Of a stretch of DNA of 64,000 bases, positions 12,561 through 25,581 are shown one piece after another. This DNA is from Haliotis rufescens (Eukaryota). The translations under genes were made by a program, and so were the position numbers. The stretch lies in the NCBI RefSeq assembly GCF_023055435.1, contig NW_025963891.1:15934001-15998000 (forward strand), in the 5' to 3' direction. Below the pieces are notes generated by a model. It was given only the letters and a program-made list of their open reading frames with translations, was not told where the DNA came from and ran no database searches. Position 1 is the first letter of the stretch. Each line of letters begins with the position of its first letter.

Positions 12561-13725
12561 AGGCTGTAGACATAAACCACGAAATGTACGATCTTTCAAC
12601 TCATCAAAATTACAATCTGAAAAGATAGAACAAAATATCGTGAGATTGCAGTTGTAGGCACCGTGGCATATATAGTACAATATATCGGGGATTGCCGATG
12701 TAAGCACTGTGACATGTATTGTACAATATATAGTAGGATGATAGATGTAAGTACCACGACATATATGAAAAAATATCGTGGTAATGTTAATGTTAGTAAA
12801 GTGATATATTTACGTATTATAGCTGGTGTAATTTGAGAAGGTTCTCAGAAGAATACCAGGACAACAAGAAAGCGCTTTAACCCAACTAACCCACTAGGAA
12901 ACAAATAGGCCAATACTTACCTTCATTTTACATTTCAACCACAAATACATTGTGGTAAACTCTTCACGTTCTGAACCAGTTACATTAGCAAACCATTTGG
13001 AACACCAATTCACGATCTCACGGTTTTGCAATATCGTTTAGTAGGGTAAGGCTTAACCACATTGCAGAGCTGTGTAAAACGATTTCATCCCTCAATAATC
13101 ACCAAGGAGTACAAACGCGTTGTACGAATTCTCGATGAGCAAGTATTTTGCTCCACAATCTCTGCGTATGCCCGCGGTTGTGATAATGTGGTCTAATTGT
13201 GAAGGAAGAAGTACATTAAAGAGAATATCATGAACTGGCTCATCAAAACAATACACGCTGTCAAATTAGGAATATTTCTTTTGCAAGAGAATATCCCCAC
13301 CACGCTCCTATCCTTTGTACTGATTGTAATTAACGATTAGCCTTTATTGTAAGTGATCCCCTAAATGAGTTCATATAAGCTTGTAAATTCCTAAAAGAAG
13401 CAGCCGTCTGTAAATAATACGCTTCTTGCGGCTAAACGTGACCTGGTTTTTCGCCAATTCTCTTTGAAAGGGAATGAAAAGGTTTTAATGTGGTATTCAA
13501 TGATGTTTAACTGTTCCACGGCCACGTCCAAGCAGTTATTTATCTCGAAGTAGAAAAAGCCAATTTGGGATCGATCCACGCCGATGTGGGAGGACGTCCT
13601 ACTGTTTCAGCCAGGTCAACATGACGTGTGGTAGCTGCAGGAACTTCCGACCATTCTCTTTTCAACACCAGATCTATATCATATATATGTAGTTTATTAT
13701 ATCAAAGTGTCACACCCATCAAACC

Positions 13726-13907
13726 NNNNNNNNNNNNNNNNNNNNNNNNNNNNNNNNNNNNNNNNNNNNNNNNNNNNNNNNNNNNNNNNNNNNNNNNNNN
13801 NNNNNNNNNNNNNNNNNNNNNNNNNNNNNNNNNNNNNNNNNNNNNNNNNNNNNNNNNNNNNNNNNNNNNNNNNNNNNNNNNNNNNNNNNNNNNNNNNNNN
13901 NNNNNNA
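13726..13907. other. Assembly gap (N run)
   Basis: Ns in sequence. Confidence 1.
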
Positions 13908-14428
13908 CGACCAAATGCAAATGAACAATATAATCAACTTCAGACAAAAATATATATTTCTTGAAAATTAACGATGTTATCACCCATTCTTCTGCATTAA
14001 CATATTGTCTTTCACTGTCTGGGGTATTTACCCTTACATGCATGCATGTATACTCCAAAGTTCATGAATGCATATCCCTTTATCGAGTAAACACGACAAA
14101 ACGCGACTAAACGGTGCAAATGAATGTTCATAACAAAATACATATCTTCATGAACATGGTCGATGTCATCACGCATTCTTCAGAATCTATATTAACGTGC
14201 GAAAATGTTTAATCTTTTGCCAGCAACTGTTGTCAAGACACGTGTAAACACACCGTGGCATATACTATTGGCTAGCATGAATTACGACATTGGTTGAGCC
14301 CTTACAATCGTCTTCTCTTGCAACAGATGCATGGATAGTTATGTACACGAAACATGTACAGTAATGACCCCACAAGGAGTTGCTCTTGCTGTCGGATGGA
14401 TTACTGTCGTCTTGATAACAATTGTGTT

Positions 14429-14573
14429 GAGTGAGAGAGGGAATATGGTTTTACGCCCCTTTTAGCAATATTCCAGCAATATCGCAGCGGGGGACACCAG
14501 AAATGGGCTTCACACATGGTCTTCGGCGTGACCAGCGAACGCTTCAACCACTAGGCTTAACCACCCGACCGTC
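14429..14573 (-). mobile_element. Family A SINE (internal deletion)
   Basis: ggggacaccagaaatgggcttcacaca core and tail. Confidence 0.85.
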
Positions 14574-15604
14574 CAACACTTGTGTTTACAACTACGATAT
14601 TTACCTTTACAATAATAACAAAATATGGTTGTAGAAATAAAGAAAATTCCACAATGAAGGGAACATTGCAAAGGTAATGAGGGCGCCGACTGTCATTAAA
14701 TAATCTAATTTTTACGACCTGCTAAGTTATATTTGCTGCCATTGAGGTGTTTAACAAATGTTTCTGAAACCAGTCAGTATTTCAGCTCGCTTTAAAATAC
14801 ATCATTGATGCATTGATGACACGCCTTTAAGTTCCATACCTTGTTCTGATTGCTGTACCGCTGAAATTAAACACTGCCAATAACATGGGGTTTGTTGTTT
14901 CTTGAAAGATCCAGAAAACCCCCTGAATATGCCAACTTTATGTAAGGTAACAATACCCACTTCTCTTGGCGTTTCTTAAAGAAATGGGGACATCGATATA
15001 TCTGAAACTGAGGTTGGGCCACCTTTTGGCAAAGTGTCCTTTCTTTGATTTAAGTAATGTAGTCAATAATCCGATACGTATGCAAAGAGAAAGTGATCAG
15101 CTTGGAAGTGGGCTCAGTTTCCTTGGACATATATACCTACTGCTTGTTAAAATGTTCTACTCCTAAATTTGACAAATCTATTGTCAGCTAAGAAAGGGCA
15201 AATGGGTACGAAATGTTGAAAATATTCGTGTATGTTTCTTTTGAATAGTTCTTAAATGTTACCGTTACTGAAGTTACGATGAATGGAAAGTTCAAAGGCA
15301 TGCATACCTTTTTTGCATATCTATATATTTCACAAAAAATACAGTTACACATAGTTTCATTATTAGTAGCATCATTTTCTTGAAGCTCAGTTACCACACA
15401 ATCGCACGTCCTTCTCCGTCTCACTCAGCCTTGTGCAGGTCAAGGCTCACATCTGCAAGTCAGTCTGAGTGCTAATGTTCTTACTTTCTGCACATAGACC
15501 TGCATTGTTGTCGGTGTTACGAGAAACGTTTCCTTCAGTACACAAAAACACATTCACCAACAACGCTGCCTGGTTACGTATGACACGTGCAGATCCTGGT
15601 TAGA

Positions 15605-15765
15605 NNNNNNNNNNNNNNNNNNNNNNNNNNNNNNNNNNNNNNNNNNNNNNNNNNNNNNNNNNNNNNNNNNNNNNNNNNNNNNNNNNNNNNNNNNNNNNNN
15701 NNNNNNNNNNNNNNNNNNNNNNNNNNNNNNNNNNNNNNNNNNNNNNNNNNNNNNNNNNNNNNNNN
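15605..15765. other. Assembly gap (N run)
   Basis: Ns in sequence. Confidence 1.
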
Positions 15766-17612
15766 GGGATGGGAAAGGGGGCGTTCTGTCATGATAATTA
15801 ATATGATATGCTGTAGAAAGTCTGTTTCATACAGTAATACGGCGAGAGCGCGTAAAGAAACGCGAAACTTCTCTGTTCAATGTGCCAAAACATTCATCTG
15901 TGTGTGTTTTGCGACCCCTGGGACACTCTTACACTCATTATAATTAGTTTTACCTCCAAATATACGAAAATAACGAAATGACACTTCCATGATCACATGT
16001 ACTAATATAGTTCCACACATCATTCGAGAGTTCTTTTTAATCCTACGATACATGTAAATTTATTAATTGCAACAACTTTTAGTACTGTTCTTATTGTCGT
16101 GATTCCTTTGAAACGTGTCCAATTCATCTCTTCAGTCGTTTGGGAAAAATCGAAAGTAAACGGACGACGGACCCGGGGACAGTCGTTAATTCTGGTTTCA
16201 AAGAACATCGTCTTGATACCCATGATTGAAGGATTATTATAACGTATTAAAGATTTACAGAAAGTAGAACCACTATGGTGATAAAATTGCTCTTGAATGC
16301 AGCAGCCCGAGGGGCGACATTTCCCTCAAAGATATTTACATGACTTCATACTGCAGATACACCAATGTCAATAACTACCGTGCTCGTCCCTTAACAACAA
16401 CCGTTAATCAATGTACAAGATGAAATCATTTACGTTAAAGATAAAATGCGATCGTCGTAAGCAATCGTTGTGTGCATTCAAGTTTTTCTTTCGTCATCTT
16501 ATCTTGTGTCAGTCAACAATTAGGAAATTAACTCTTAACTACGTTTTTTTTCTGTATAGGTAGGTTACCTGTATATTTAACAGCGCTTAAATTAATTGTA
16601 GCCGAAAGTTCAGCTTTTCCAAATGTCAGAACAAAGTACTTTTCAATAAGTAGTAGCTTCCATGGCGACGCGTTCGTCGGGCTGTTTCATTCAGGTATGG
16701 TTAACTTGTTGTATTTGAAACATTCACGATATATCTATTCTGCGTTTGCTGAAAACGAGGTTTAACAATAGAAGGACATGTAACAATTTGCTTACGACGT
16801 ATGTCATTTGTTGTACAATATGGTTTGTCTTAGTAATAACACGGAATTCAGCGACAGTCTTATCCCATTAAATATGTATCAATCTTTGTGTTTAATACCT
16901 GTTTAAACTCCATGTGGATTTTCCTATTTTGGGCCTTAGTGTTCTCATTGTAATTAATACATGCAATGGTTGAAAGGATAAATCTGAAAATAACTCGTAC
17001 AAAAACAGAAAAGCTTGATTAAGAACGATTACTCAGATAGGGAGTTTTTACCTTATGAGCTATTCATCTTCATAATGTTATAACAAATGAAGGAGTGAGA
17101 TGCTGAGTTTTTCATCTTTTTAATGAAAAATAGGGCAAGCTGAATTGACGAACGATATACGGACCGTTTATTATTTACGTCTTTGTCTGCAACAGAAGCT
17201 GAGGACTCCTGGCGACTTAATCGACCGTTTGATCACCTGAATTGGCATTTTATCACATGCTGAGGTGTTATAAAAAGATGTTGTTATGAGCTATGTGTAA
17301 CCATACATAGCGATCTATATTAGTTAGAAGAGGCTATTATTTATAAAGCCATCGGTTGGCAGTGCAAAGGAGTTCCCCAGAGATGTGTGAGGCTAAATGA
17401 AACGCTGAAGTCTACTTAAGTTTAGTGGCATTCCATGGAATGCTTGACATTGGACATGCTGAACGCTCCAACCTTTTTACGAAACGCGACAAACACTTTC
17501 CATCATCATAAATTATAAGCACGTATTCATGAGCCATTATCAAAGCGTGATTATACCATTTCTTCGCGAAAAGGTGAGCGTATCCTGCCTTATAAGTGAC
17601 ATGAGTGTTTGC

Positions 17613-17884
17613 GACCCGTGAACATCCGGGGTAGAATAGGTCTTCAGCAACCCATGCTTGTCGTAAAAGGCGATTAAGCTTGTCGTAAGAGGCGACTGAC
17701 GGGATCTGGTGGTCAGGCTCGTTGACTTGGTTGATGCATGTCATCGTATCCCATTTAGGTGGATCGATGCTTATGATGTAAATCACTGGAATGTCTTGTC
17801 CAGACTCGTTTATATACAGATCGGCGTCATATAGCTGGAATATTGCTGACAGCAGCGTTAAACAACAAAAAAACAAACAAAAAA
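17613..17884 (+). mobile_element. SINE-like family D (no tRNA head; starts GACCCGTGAAGATCC)
   Basis: Six or more copies in the window; gtcgtaagaggcgac hairpin; tail atatagctggaatattgct...gcgttaaac+(AAAC)n. Confidence 0.85.
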
Positions 17885-18689
17885 CATTTCTTCGCGAAAA
17901 GGGGAGCGTATTCTGCATTACAAGTGAAGAGCGCAGTTTTCGACAGGAGTGTTTGCATGACATAGTTTAAATGAAGTAAACGATATTCACTTATTTTCAG
18001 GGTGCTTCTATTAACCAACCCCTCAGTGCGTGCAACAAGCAGCCAAACCTGACATATATAAACATTGCTGTGTTCGTTATGGATGGAGTACAGCGCATTC
18101 ATAGTCATCATTAATTTTCAAGTGAAATTCAAAATATTTAATACGGCAATGACAAGGATCAAAAGATCCTGTAGTATGACTGTCTGTATAACTGTCAAGT
18201 ATTGGGCGTATCTTACCATGCATTGTAAATGTTACAACAGTATATTACCTGAGATAATAGTGATTATTACCAAGCTTAGTGTATGACTGCATTATGAAGG
18301 ACAAGTAAAATCAGTTTGTTTTCTTAAATTGCATAACACTTACGAGTTCATGTACACGTACATTTGTATCTTGAATATTAGTCAAAAAGTTGGGATATAA
18401 AATGAAGGGCTAGTAAAATCGTCCGAGTCGCGTCGAAGCAATGCCTTCGTCGTGCGTATTAAACATTTTAATATCCAGGATACGATTGTTGCAGTCTAAG
18501 ACTCGTTGAAATATACTGAACATGAACATGAGGCGATCAGTTACAAATACCTGAACCATGTTAAGTAATAATCCGAAGAGCCTATCTCTGCATTTGGATG
18601 TTTTTATATTCAAAATATTCTTTCGCGACAGCATATCAACGAAACTGCCAGTGTTGGAAATTCCATCCCTGGCTCAAATCACTCAGGAG

Positions 18690-19495
18690 TGACCTGAGGC
18701 AAGGCTGTGATTACTCTAGAGTGATTTGGGCCAAGACTGAGATTACTCTACAGTGATTTGTGCTAAGGTTGAGATTACTTTAGAGTGGTTTAGACCAAGG
18801 CTGAAATTACTCTAGAGTGACATGAGCCTAGGCTGAGATTACTCTAGAGTGACCTGGGCCTAGGCTGAGATAACTCTAGAGTGATTTGGGCCAATACTGA
18901 GATTACTCTACAGTGATTTTGGGCTAAGGTTGAGATTACTTTAGAGTGGTTTAGACCAAGGCTGAAATTACTCTAGAGTGACATGGGCCTAGGCTGAGAT
19001 TACTCTAGAGTGACCTGGGCCTACGGCTGAGATTACTCTAGAGTGACCTGGGCCTAGGCTGAGATAACTCTAGAGTGATTTGGGCCAATACTGAGATTAC
19101 TCTACAGTGATTTTGGGCTAAGGTTGAGATTACTTTAGAGTGGTTTAGACCAAGGCTGAAATTACTCTAGAGTGACCTGGGCCTAGGCTGAGGTTACTCT
19201 AGTATGTCTTGGGCCTTGGCTGAGATTACTTTAGTATGTCTTGGGCCTAGGATGAGATTACTTTAGTATGTCTTGGGCCTAGGATGAGATTACTTTAGTA
19301 TGTCTTGGGCCTAGGCTGAGATTACTTTAGTATGTCTTGGGCCTAGGATGAGATTACTCTAGGGTGACTTGGGCCGAGGTTGATATTACTTTAGGGTGGT
19401 TTAGGCCAAGGCTGAGATTACTCCAGAATGATTTGGGCTAAGGCTGAGATTACTCAAGATTTCTTTTGGCCAATGCTGAGATCAGGCTGGAGTGT
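18690..19495. repeat. 32-bp minisatellite (~25 copies) with 5-6-mer higher-order repeats
   Basis: Unit ggctgagattactctagagtgacctgggccta; HOR starts near 18721, 18881 and 19075. Confidence 0.95.
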
Positions 19496-19649
19496 TTTAA
19501 GCCTTGGCTCAGTTTTTAACTTTAATAATTATTGTGTTTCTTCGGACTTATGTTACTGCGCCATATATCAATACAAATTGTTGTTGCATCACTTTCTCAA
19601 ACATCCTGAACCGCGCTGTAAATGTGGTCACGACATTGATGTTCCGTTT

Positions 19650-19868
19650 CACTACACAGCCATCATGGACTCGGATATGTTTATTGTAGATGTAATGCGT
19701 ATACACCATAGGCATCACTAGTTTATATGGGTATCTCTTTACTTGTCCACGTGATACTCTAGTATCACTACACAGCTATCATGGACTCGGATATGTTTAT
19801 TGTAGATGTAATGCGTATACACCATAGACATCACTAGTTTATATGGGTATCTCTTTACTTGTCCACGC
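19650..19868. repeat. Direct duplication of ~102 bp
   Basis: cactacacagc...acttgtccacg at 19650-19751 and 19766-19868, near identical. Confidence 0.95.
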
Positions 19869-21294
19869 TTTACATCAGACATATCTCAAATCGGAATATA
19901 CTCTTCTGTAATGTTCGAATTTTTTCAAGAAAGGCTTAATTTATTTTATATAGCCACCGCAAAAGAAAGTACACAGCCATGTGTGATGGCGGATTAATAT
20001 ACACTTGAAACAAGCAGGAAACTGTCATTCGACGGTGCTGTATTTAATAGGAGTATTAACGTTGTGGTTTGGACCTTAAGTTTGCAGTATTACGGCGACA
20101 CTAGTGTGTGCTTTATTTTCTTGCCCGGCAAGTTATAATTCCTCGACAAAATTCAGATGGAATTACCGGAATAACGAAACACATGAATTTTTTATCAAAC
20201 ATGAATTGACTTAGAGTATTGTACGTGTAAAGTAGTCATGGGGAACAACTGGTTTCAATGGTCTTTAATGGCAAATAATTCAAGCACGAGGACACACACA
20301 TTTATCAGCGTTGTTTGTTAAGTGTAGCTTTATCTAAAGAGCTGAAAAATGCATTCACACAGAAACTAAATGTTTGAAACAGCCACTTATTGTGAGAATG
20401 TATTATATATGACGTCACCAATTTTAAACAAAATGCCAAATCGGCATGTATGCTGTTACATTGCAGTGTAAGGTATTGTTAAACAATGTTGTAATTGTAT
20501 AACATTGTTTATATTGATATTTAGTTGAAGTTCATAGCAGTGTGTTTTAACAATTATTAGTTTTCAGGAATGTAGTTCTAACTTCAGTAAGCAGTGGTGT
20601 GGCAGTTACTATATAAGATGCTTCTGGAGTCAAGTGTAATCTGAAATCTTCCAGAACAGCTATAGGCTAATCCAACATGGTATGGATCTTTCTGGGAGGG
20701 ATTTAGGCTATATGAATGGGCGAAAACATGCATCTCACATTACATCAAGACCAGCGGTTGTGTGAAGATCACGTTTTCTCCTTGGATATCCAGCCTTGGC
20801 CTATTTTTGAAGCTTGACCACTGTTGCTGCGAGGTGAATATCATTATCCCTGACTTTATTGATTTTACCACTGCTTTTTGTTTTATACTGCCATTGTAAT
20901 TGAACTGTCATTGAACTTTGTACTGCCACTCTATTGTGAACTGCCATTGTAATTACTTTGCAGTAGTTTATATTGATTTGTGAACCGAGATTAGTTTTTA
21001 ATACAACTGTTAATAGTATCACATTTCTTTGTTGGTTGTTTGTTTCACATTGAATTCGTTTACGTATAGATTTCGGAGTTAACTTATTCTTTCATTATAG
21101 TCGACATGTCACAATGTTTGAACTTATTGAAACTAATTGTCACAGCGCTAAATGCGATCATCATCCTTGGTCAGCGTTGGTAACGTCGACTTGCAACACT
21201 GTGGACTTCTCCAACACAAACTGACACGCCGGGATACAAATGACATGATGTTCAAAACCGCGTTACCCAACTCAATCACTCGCAAAATATGCAG

Positions 21295-21648
21295 AGGTGA
21301 GGTGAAGTGGGCTTCAACGTCGCGTCTAAGATTATAAGACTTATATAGCGACGTGCATGCACGTGTATCTGTGTGTGTGGCAGCTTTTACTTGTCCGGAC
21401 TGATGCCGATTTATAGTGCCAGCTCACTGAGATACCATGCCGCAGTTTAACATGAATACCCCACTCAGACACAGTATACTGACTCCGAGTCGACCAGTCC
21501 TTGTTTTAGCCCCTTAATGCCGAGCGCCAGACAGGGTAACAACAAGTTCCATCTTTTAACGTCTTTTGGTTTGACGCGGCCGGGTATCGAACCCCGGACC
21601 TTCCGCTCTCGGGGCGAACGCTCTACCACTAGACCACGGAGGCGGTCT
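21295..21648 (-). mobile_element. Family B (Meta-domain-like) SINE, full length
   Basis: tRNA head, Meta-like core, (ACCTC)n tail, TSD caaa(a/t)tatgcaga. Confidence 0.93.
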
Positions 21649-21784
21649 CAAATTATGCAGAACATGCACTGTATAATATATAGAAGTCTTGACATATGAT
21701 CCGAAGTACACTATTCTAATAACCTCAATCCATACATGCATGATAAGGTCGAATTACAGTAGATGAGTGGACTGTAGGTAGGTA

Positions 21785-21907
21785 TTAGCACGTCATCAAC
21801 AACGAGAACGGCACAGCAGGTTTCACAGTGGCGCAGTAACTAGGATCATGTGGACGACCGCAGCTGTCTGCGTGATGACCCTCTGGCGCACAGTAGCATT
21901 GCAATGT
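21785..21907 (-). CDS. Candidate terminal exon encoding a Cys-rich peptide (TLQCYCAPEGHHADSCGRPHDPSYCATVKPAVPFSLLMTC*)
   Basis: Acceptor ccccgtatcttccag, open frame to TAA, locally raised GC; no homology recognised. Confidence 0.25.
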   Translation of the reverse strand, partial: TLQCYCAPEGHHADSCGRPHDPSYCATVKPAVPFSLLMTC

Positions 21908-22342
21908 CTGGAAGATACGGGGCAATCTCGGGAAGATTAGGTCGCAACAAAGCACGGATGACATTGTCATAAAATGGGTCAGCTAATACATATGGCCCTG
22001 GATACTAATATGGGGCTCGGTGTTGAATCCTTGAACTTCTTTTCACCATCACGCTCAGACGTGTTCTATAACGGTGCGACGACATTCCCAGATTACACTC
22101 AGACGGGCCAACCATCTCGCCATTGAATTACAACGTTAAACAGGGTCTTCGTTTTGTGGGGCAAATGCCTGTTTTATACTATACATAAGTGTATACAGGA
22201 GTGAGAGCGGCGTTTAACTCCGTTTTGATCAGTAAATTTATACCAGGGAACGTCAACCTCGTGTGTGAGGTCCAAAGTGAAGTATAGACGCTCATTATTG
22301 TCGTGAAAAGGATTGAAATCGGGAACAATTTGGTGTTTTTGT

Positions 22343-22476
22343 GAATGAGTGTTGTACGCCGCTTTTAGGCAATATTCCAGCAATATCACGGCGGGGGACA
22401 CCAGAAATGGGCTTCACATATTGTACCCATATCGCTAACGAACGAACGCTTTAACCACAAGGCTACCCGACCGCCC
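22343..22476 (-). mobile_element. Family A SINE (deleted)
   Basis: Family A core and tail. Confidence 0.85.
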
Positions 22477-23085
22477 ATCTAGAGTTTAGAGACAGGCGGA
22501 ATGAAATGTACTTTTGTGGCTGATTGCATGGACCAAAGATGTATGCCTGCTGGTGATCTTCCTGCGTCTGATGGTATCACACTTTGGTAATAACCTACCG
22601 CTATCACACTGGAACACAGAGTTGCCTCGCCACAAGTGTGAACCTGAGAGTCACTTCTGAGATCAGTTTTGATCTACTTTGTCCGAATGGATACGTCGGG
22701 TCATCATTACTGAAGATGGTCACGGAGAGCCATGCCTAAATCCGATCTGTATACATCTGCCGGAGGTTGTATGCCTCAAGTGGCCTTTCTGAAACTTGGT
22801 AGCCATAAATGCGCTCGGCACGTCGTAACCTTACAAAATGTAATCGGAGTTAATACTCTGTGCTTGTGAGTTGCAACCTACATCTTGTACACACACCCTT
22901 TCAGATCTCCAGTTGAATCGAAATATAACATATTCATAGAATAATTCAGCAGAGCATTTCTAATTACATCCGTTCAAAGCAAAAGTCGTTTAAAAATTGT
23001 CTTTACCAAAGTCTATATTTCGTAGTCAATTAAGTTCCAGTGTAAACTAATGAAAGCGTATTTGCCTTGACACTTTTCCTCATAC

Positions 23086-23165
23086 CTTGACAGGAACGTG
23101 AAAAAGACTGAGCTGTTTCATGTCTGTTTCGTCATCTGGATCCTGTGCATTTACATTTGAAACAT
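23086..23165 (-). CDS. Candidate 80-nt internal exon (DVSNVNAQDPDDETDMKQLSLFHVPVK)
   Basis: atacag acceptor (weak pyrimidine tract) and AAG|gtatga donor; phase-compatible with 21785-21907. Confidence 0.2.
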
Positions 23166-23218
23166 CTGTATAGTGATTACCTTGTATATGCATCACCATG
23201 CCATATCGTCTTGGGGAC

Positions 23219-23568
23219 GACCGCCTCCGTGGTCTAGTGGTAGAGCGTCCGCCCGGAGAGCGGAAGGTCCGGGGTTCGATCCCCGGCCGCGTCATACAAA
23301 AAGACGTTAAAAGATGGTACTTGTTGTCTGGAGCTCGGCATTAAGGGACTAAAACAAGGACTGGTCGGCTCGGAGTCAGTATACTGTGTCTGAGTGGGAT
23401 ATTCATGTTAAGCTGCGGCATGGTATCTCAGTGAGCTAGCACTATAAATCGGCATCAGTCCGGACAAGTACAAGCAGCCACACACACACACACACACACA
23501 CGTACATGCACGTCGCTATATAAGCGCAATAATCTTTGACGCGACGTTTAACCCCATTTCACCTCACC
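23219..23568 (+). mobile_element. Family B SINE
   Basis: A box tggtctagtgg, B box ggttcgatccc, internal (CA)n, TSD tcgtcttgg(g/a)gac. Confidence 0.93.
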
Positions 23569-23634
23569 TCGTCTTGGAGACCGATCATTAGGTTTGTAGG
23601 TAGATTGTTTTGTTTGTTTGTTTTTTGCCATACA

Positions 23635-23901
23635 TTGGGTTTAACGCCGCTTTTAACATTATTCCAGTTATATCACGGCGTGTCAGCTTATTGTGGGAGG
23701 AAAGCCCGAAGTTATGCAGGTCTCAGACGTTTACCACTTTGGTGAAACCCACGAGCACGGGTATGGTGCTGGCAAACGTAGAAACATAATCGGGGCGAAC
23801 CGGGATTCGAACCCATAATCATAGGTTCCTGGCATACCAAAGGGACGCAACTCTGCACAGCGAATCGCGGCGCCTTAGGCGACTGGGCCACCAGTGCCCC
23901 C
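23635..23901 (-). mobile_element. Family C SINE (long tRNA-Leu-like head plus V-domain-like core)
   Basis: Reverse complement of 40183-40459. Confidence 0.9.
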
Positions 23902-25365
23902 TATCAATTGAAACTCATTAATTGGCACTCAGTACCGCGTCTACATCGGCAGTGTATAGCATAGCAACAAATGTGAAAAGAGAGTCGCTTTCAACAGTAT
24001 TTCAGTTATAAGTCTGTCAAGCCCAAAGTGAAAGTAGGTCGTAAAAGTGTAGCATTCTGATGAAACCACCAGCAGTTTGAAGTCACTTACGTGAACTATA
24101 CATAAAGTATACTTCTAATTCAATATCTCCACCAGATACAGTCTGGTAATGTCACACCATATGTGAAAATGAACCCATGGTACAACTTTCATCAGTTTAA
24201 TGCATGTGGTCTTTAGTCGCTGTCAAGATTTTCATGTCTTTTGGTGCCAAGGAAATATATTATTATTGATCATGAGAAGCTCATTACTGGCACAATGCAA
24301 CGTTGTGCAAAGGAGTCCCCCGCGGCTATCAAGAAACGACGACTGGGTTCGAATCCTAGATACACTCCGAGTATGATCCCTTATCTGCAAGTATCAGGTT
24401 GTTCTTATTGGGTTCACAATGCAATAAACGTCGACAACCTGTGTCACTTTGTACTTTCGTCTCATATTAATATGATCATGACCGTTGTGGTCCATTACGA
24501 CTTATCTTACCTCATTATAGGCTCATGGTACATACATACACAATGACTCTGCTATTAGAACTTTTAACGCACATGCTTTACATTTGTGCCTACACTGTTG
24601 TATGCTTCATTTGATGGAGATAAGAATATGAATAGATCTTCTGCGTTGCTGTTTAAATATAGAATTCTTGCTTTAGAGTATTAACAATTATTCCTTTCAT
24701 TATGAGATTATATCATTCAATTCTAAAGGTGAAATCAACAAGACCGAAACTTTGAAATGTTTGCTTTCCGGATACCCCACTACACATCATCCTTGTGTCC
24801 TTGCTATTTAAATGACGCATCTTCTCGTGAATTGTAATATTTGTTTCATCTCAGGCGCCATAAAATGTTCTTGGAATTCTTGGAACACTGTATTCTTCTT
24901 TGATACTGGTCCATTTTGGGTGCTTGTTAACAGCTGATTAGACGTTCAACAAAGTGTGTATATTGTTAAACGGTTTACGTTTTAATTTTAAAGAACTAGA
25001 AACGTGACAGGACAGATTGTGTTTAAATGATACGCATTTCTATGGACCTACTGTGTTTGAAAGAGGATCATTATAACGATATCAAACCACAACCCTTGAG
25101 ACTGAAACCATATATTTGCTTAACACTATCGTTTATACCTCCTTATCACTTATACATACATAATTAAAGTTATTTAAGTTTGAAGTTTTGAAGTATGGAA
25201 TATTGTTTCTTGTGTTCAGTCACACAATCACCCATTACATGCTTGGGACTCCGACTGACATCTTATGACATAGGGGCAATGCAGGTCGCTGTGCTGTGTT
25301 GCCTCCCTTTGGCATGCCAGGATCCAGTGATTGTGCATTTGGAATGAACATTATTATGATCCTTA

Positions 25366-25581
25366 AATCTGTTTACTAAATTCAAAAAGAAATACTTCGA
25401 TATTATGAAATTACAAAATGTATTGCATATTCAAATTGTAATTATGTATGTTTCCATGCCTTCTGGTCTTCTCTACATGTATTATTTAGAAACTCTGTAT
25501 AACTATGATATATGATCTGTCGATATATTGTAATGTAAAATATGATGGAAAAAGGAATAAATATTTTTGTTTTTTGTTTTT
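25366..25581 (+). mobile_element. Truncated LINE-like 3' end
   Basis: 12-bp TSD ttatgatcctta (25354-25365 and 25582-25593); AATAAA followed by a T-rich (TTTTTG)n tail. Confidence 0.65.

Noticed and set aside
12921-13040. Minus-strand exon ending at a strong AAG|gtaagt donor
   Set aside because: No compatible acceptor or open frame found
13628-15943. ORFs containing X
   Set aside because: Artefacts of N gaps
17412-17963. 183-aa ORF
   Set aside because: Runs antisense through a family D element
18690-19495. CRISPR-like 32-bp repeats
   Set aside because: No unique spacers, no cas genes, eukaryotic context
24014-24160. CTGATGA hammerhead core at ~24057
   Set aside because: Followed by GAAG rather than GAAA with no convincing stems; at most a deleted repeat monomer
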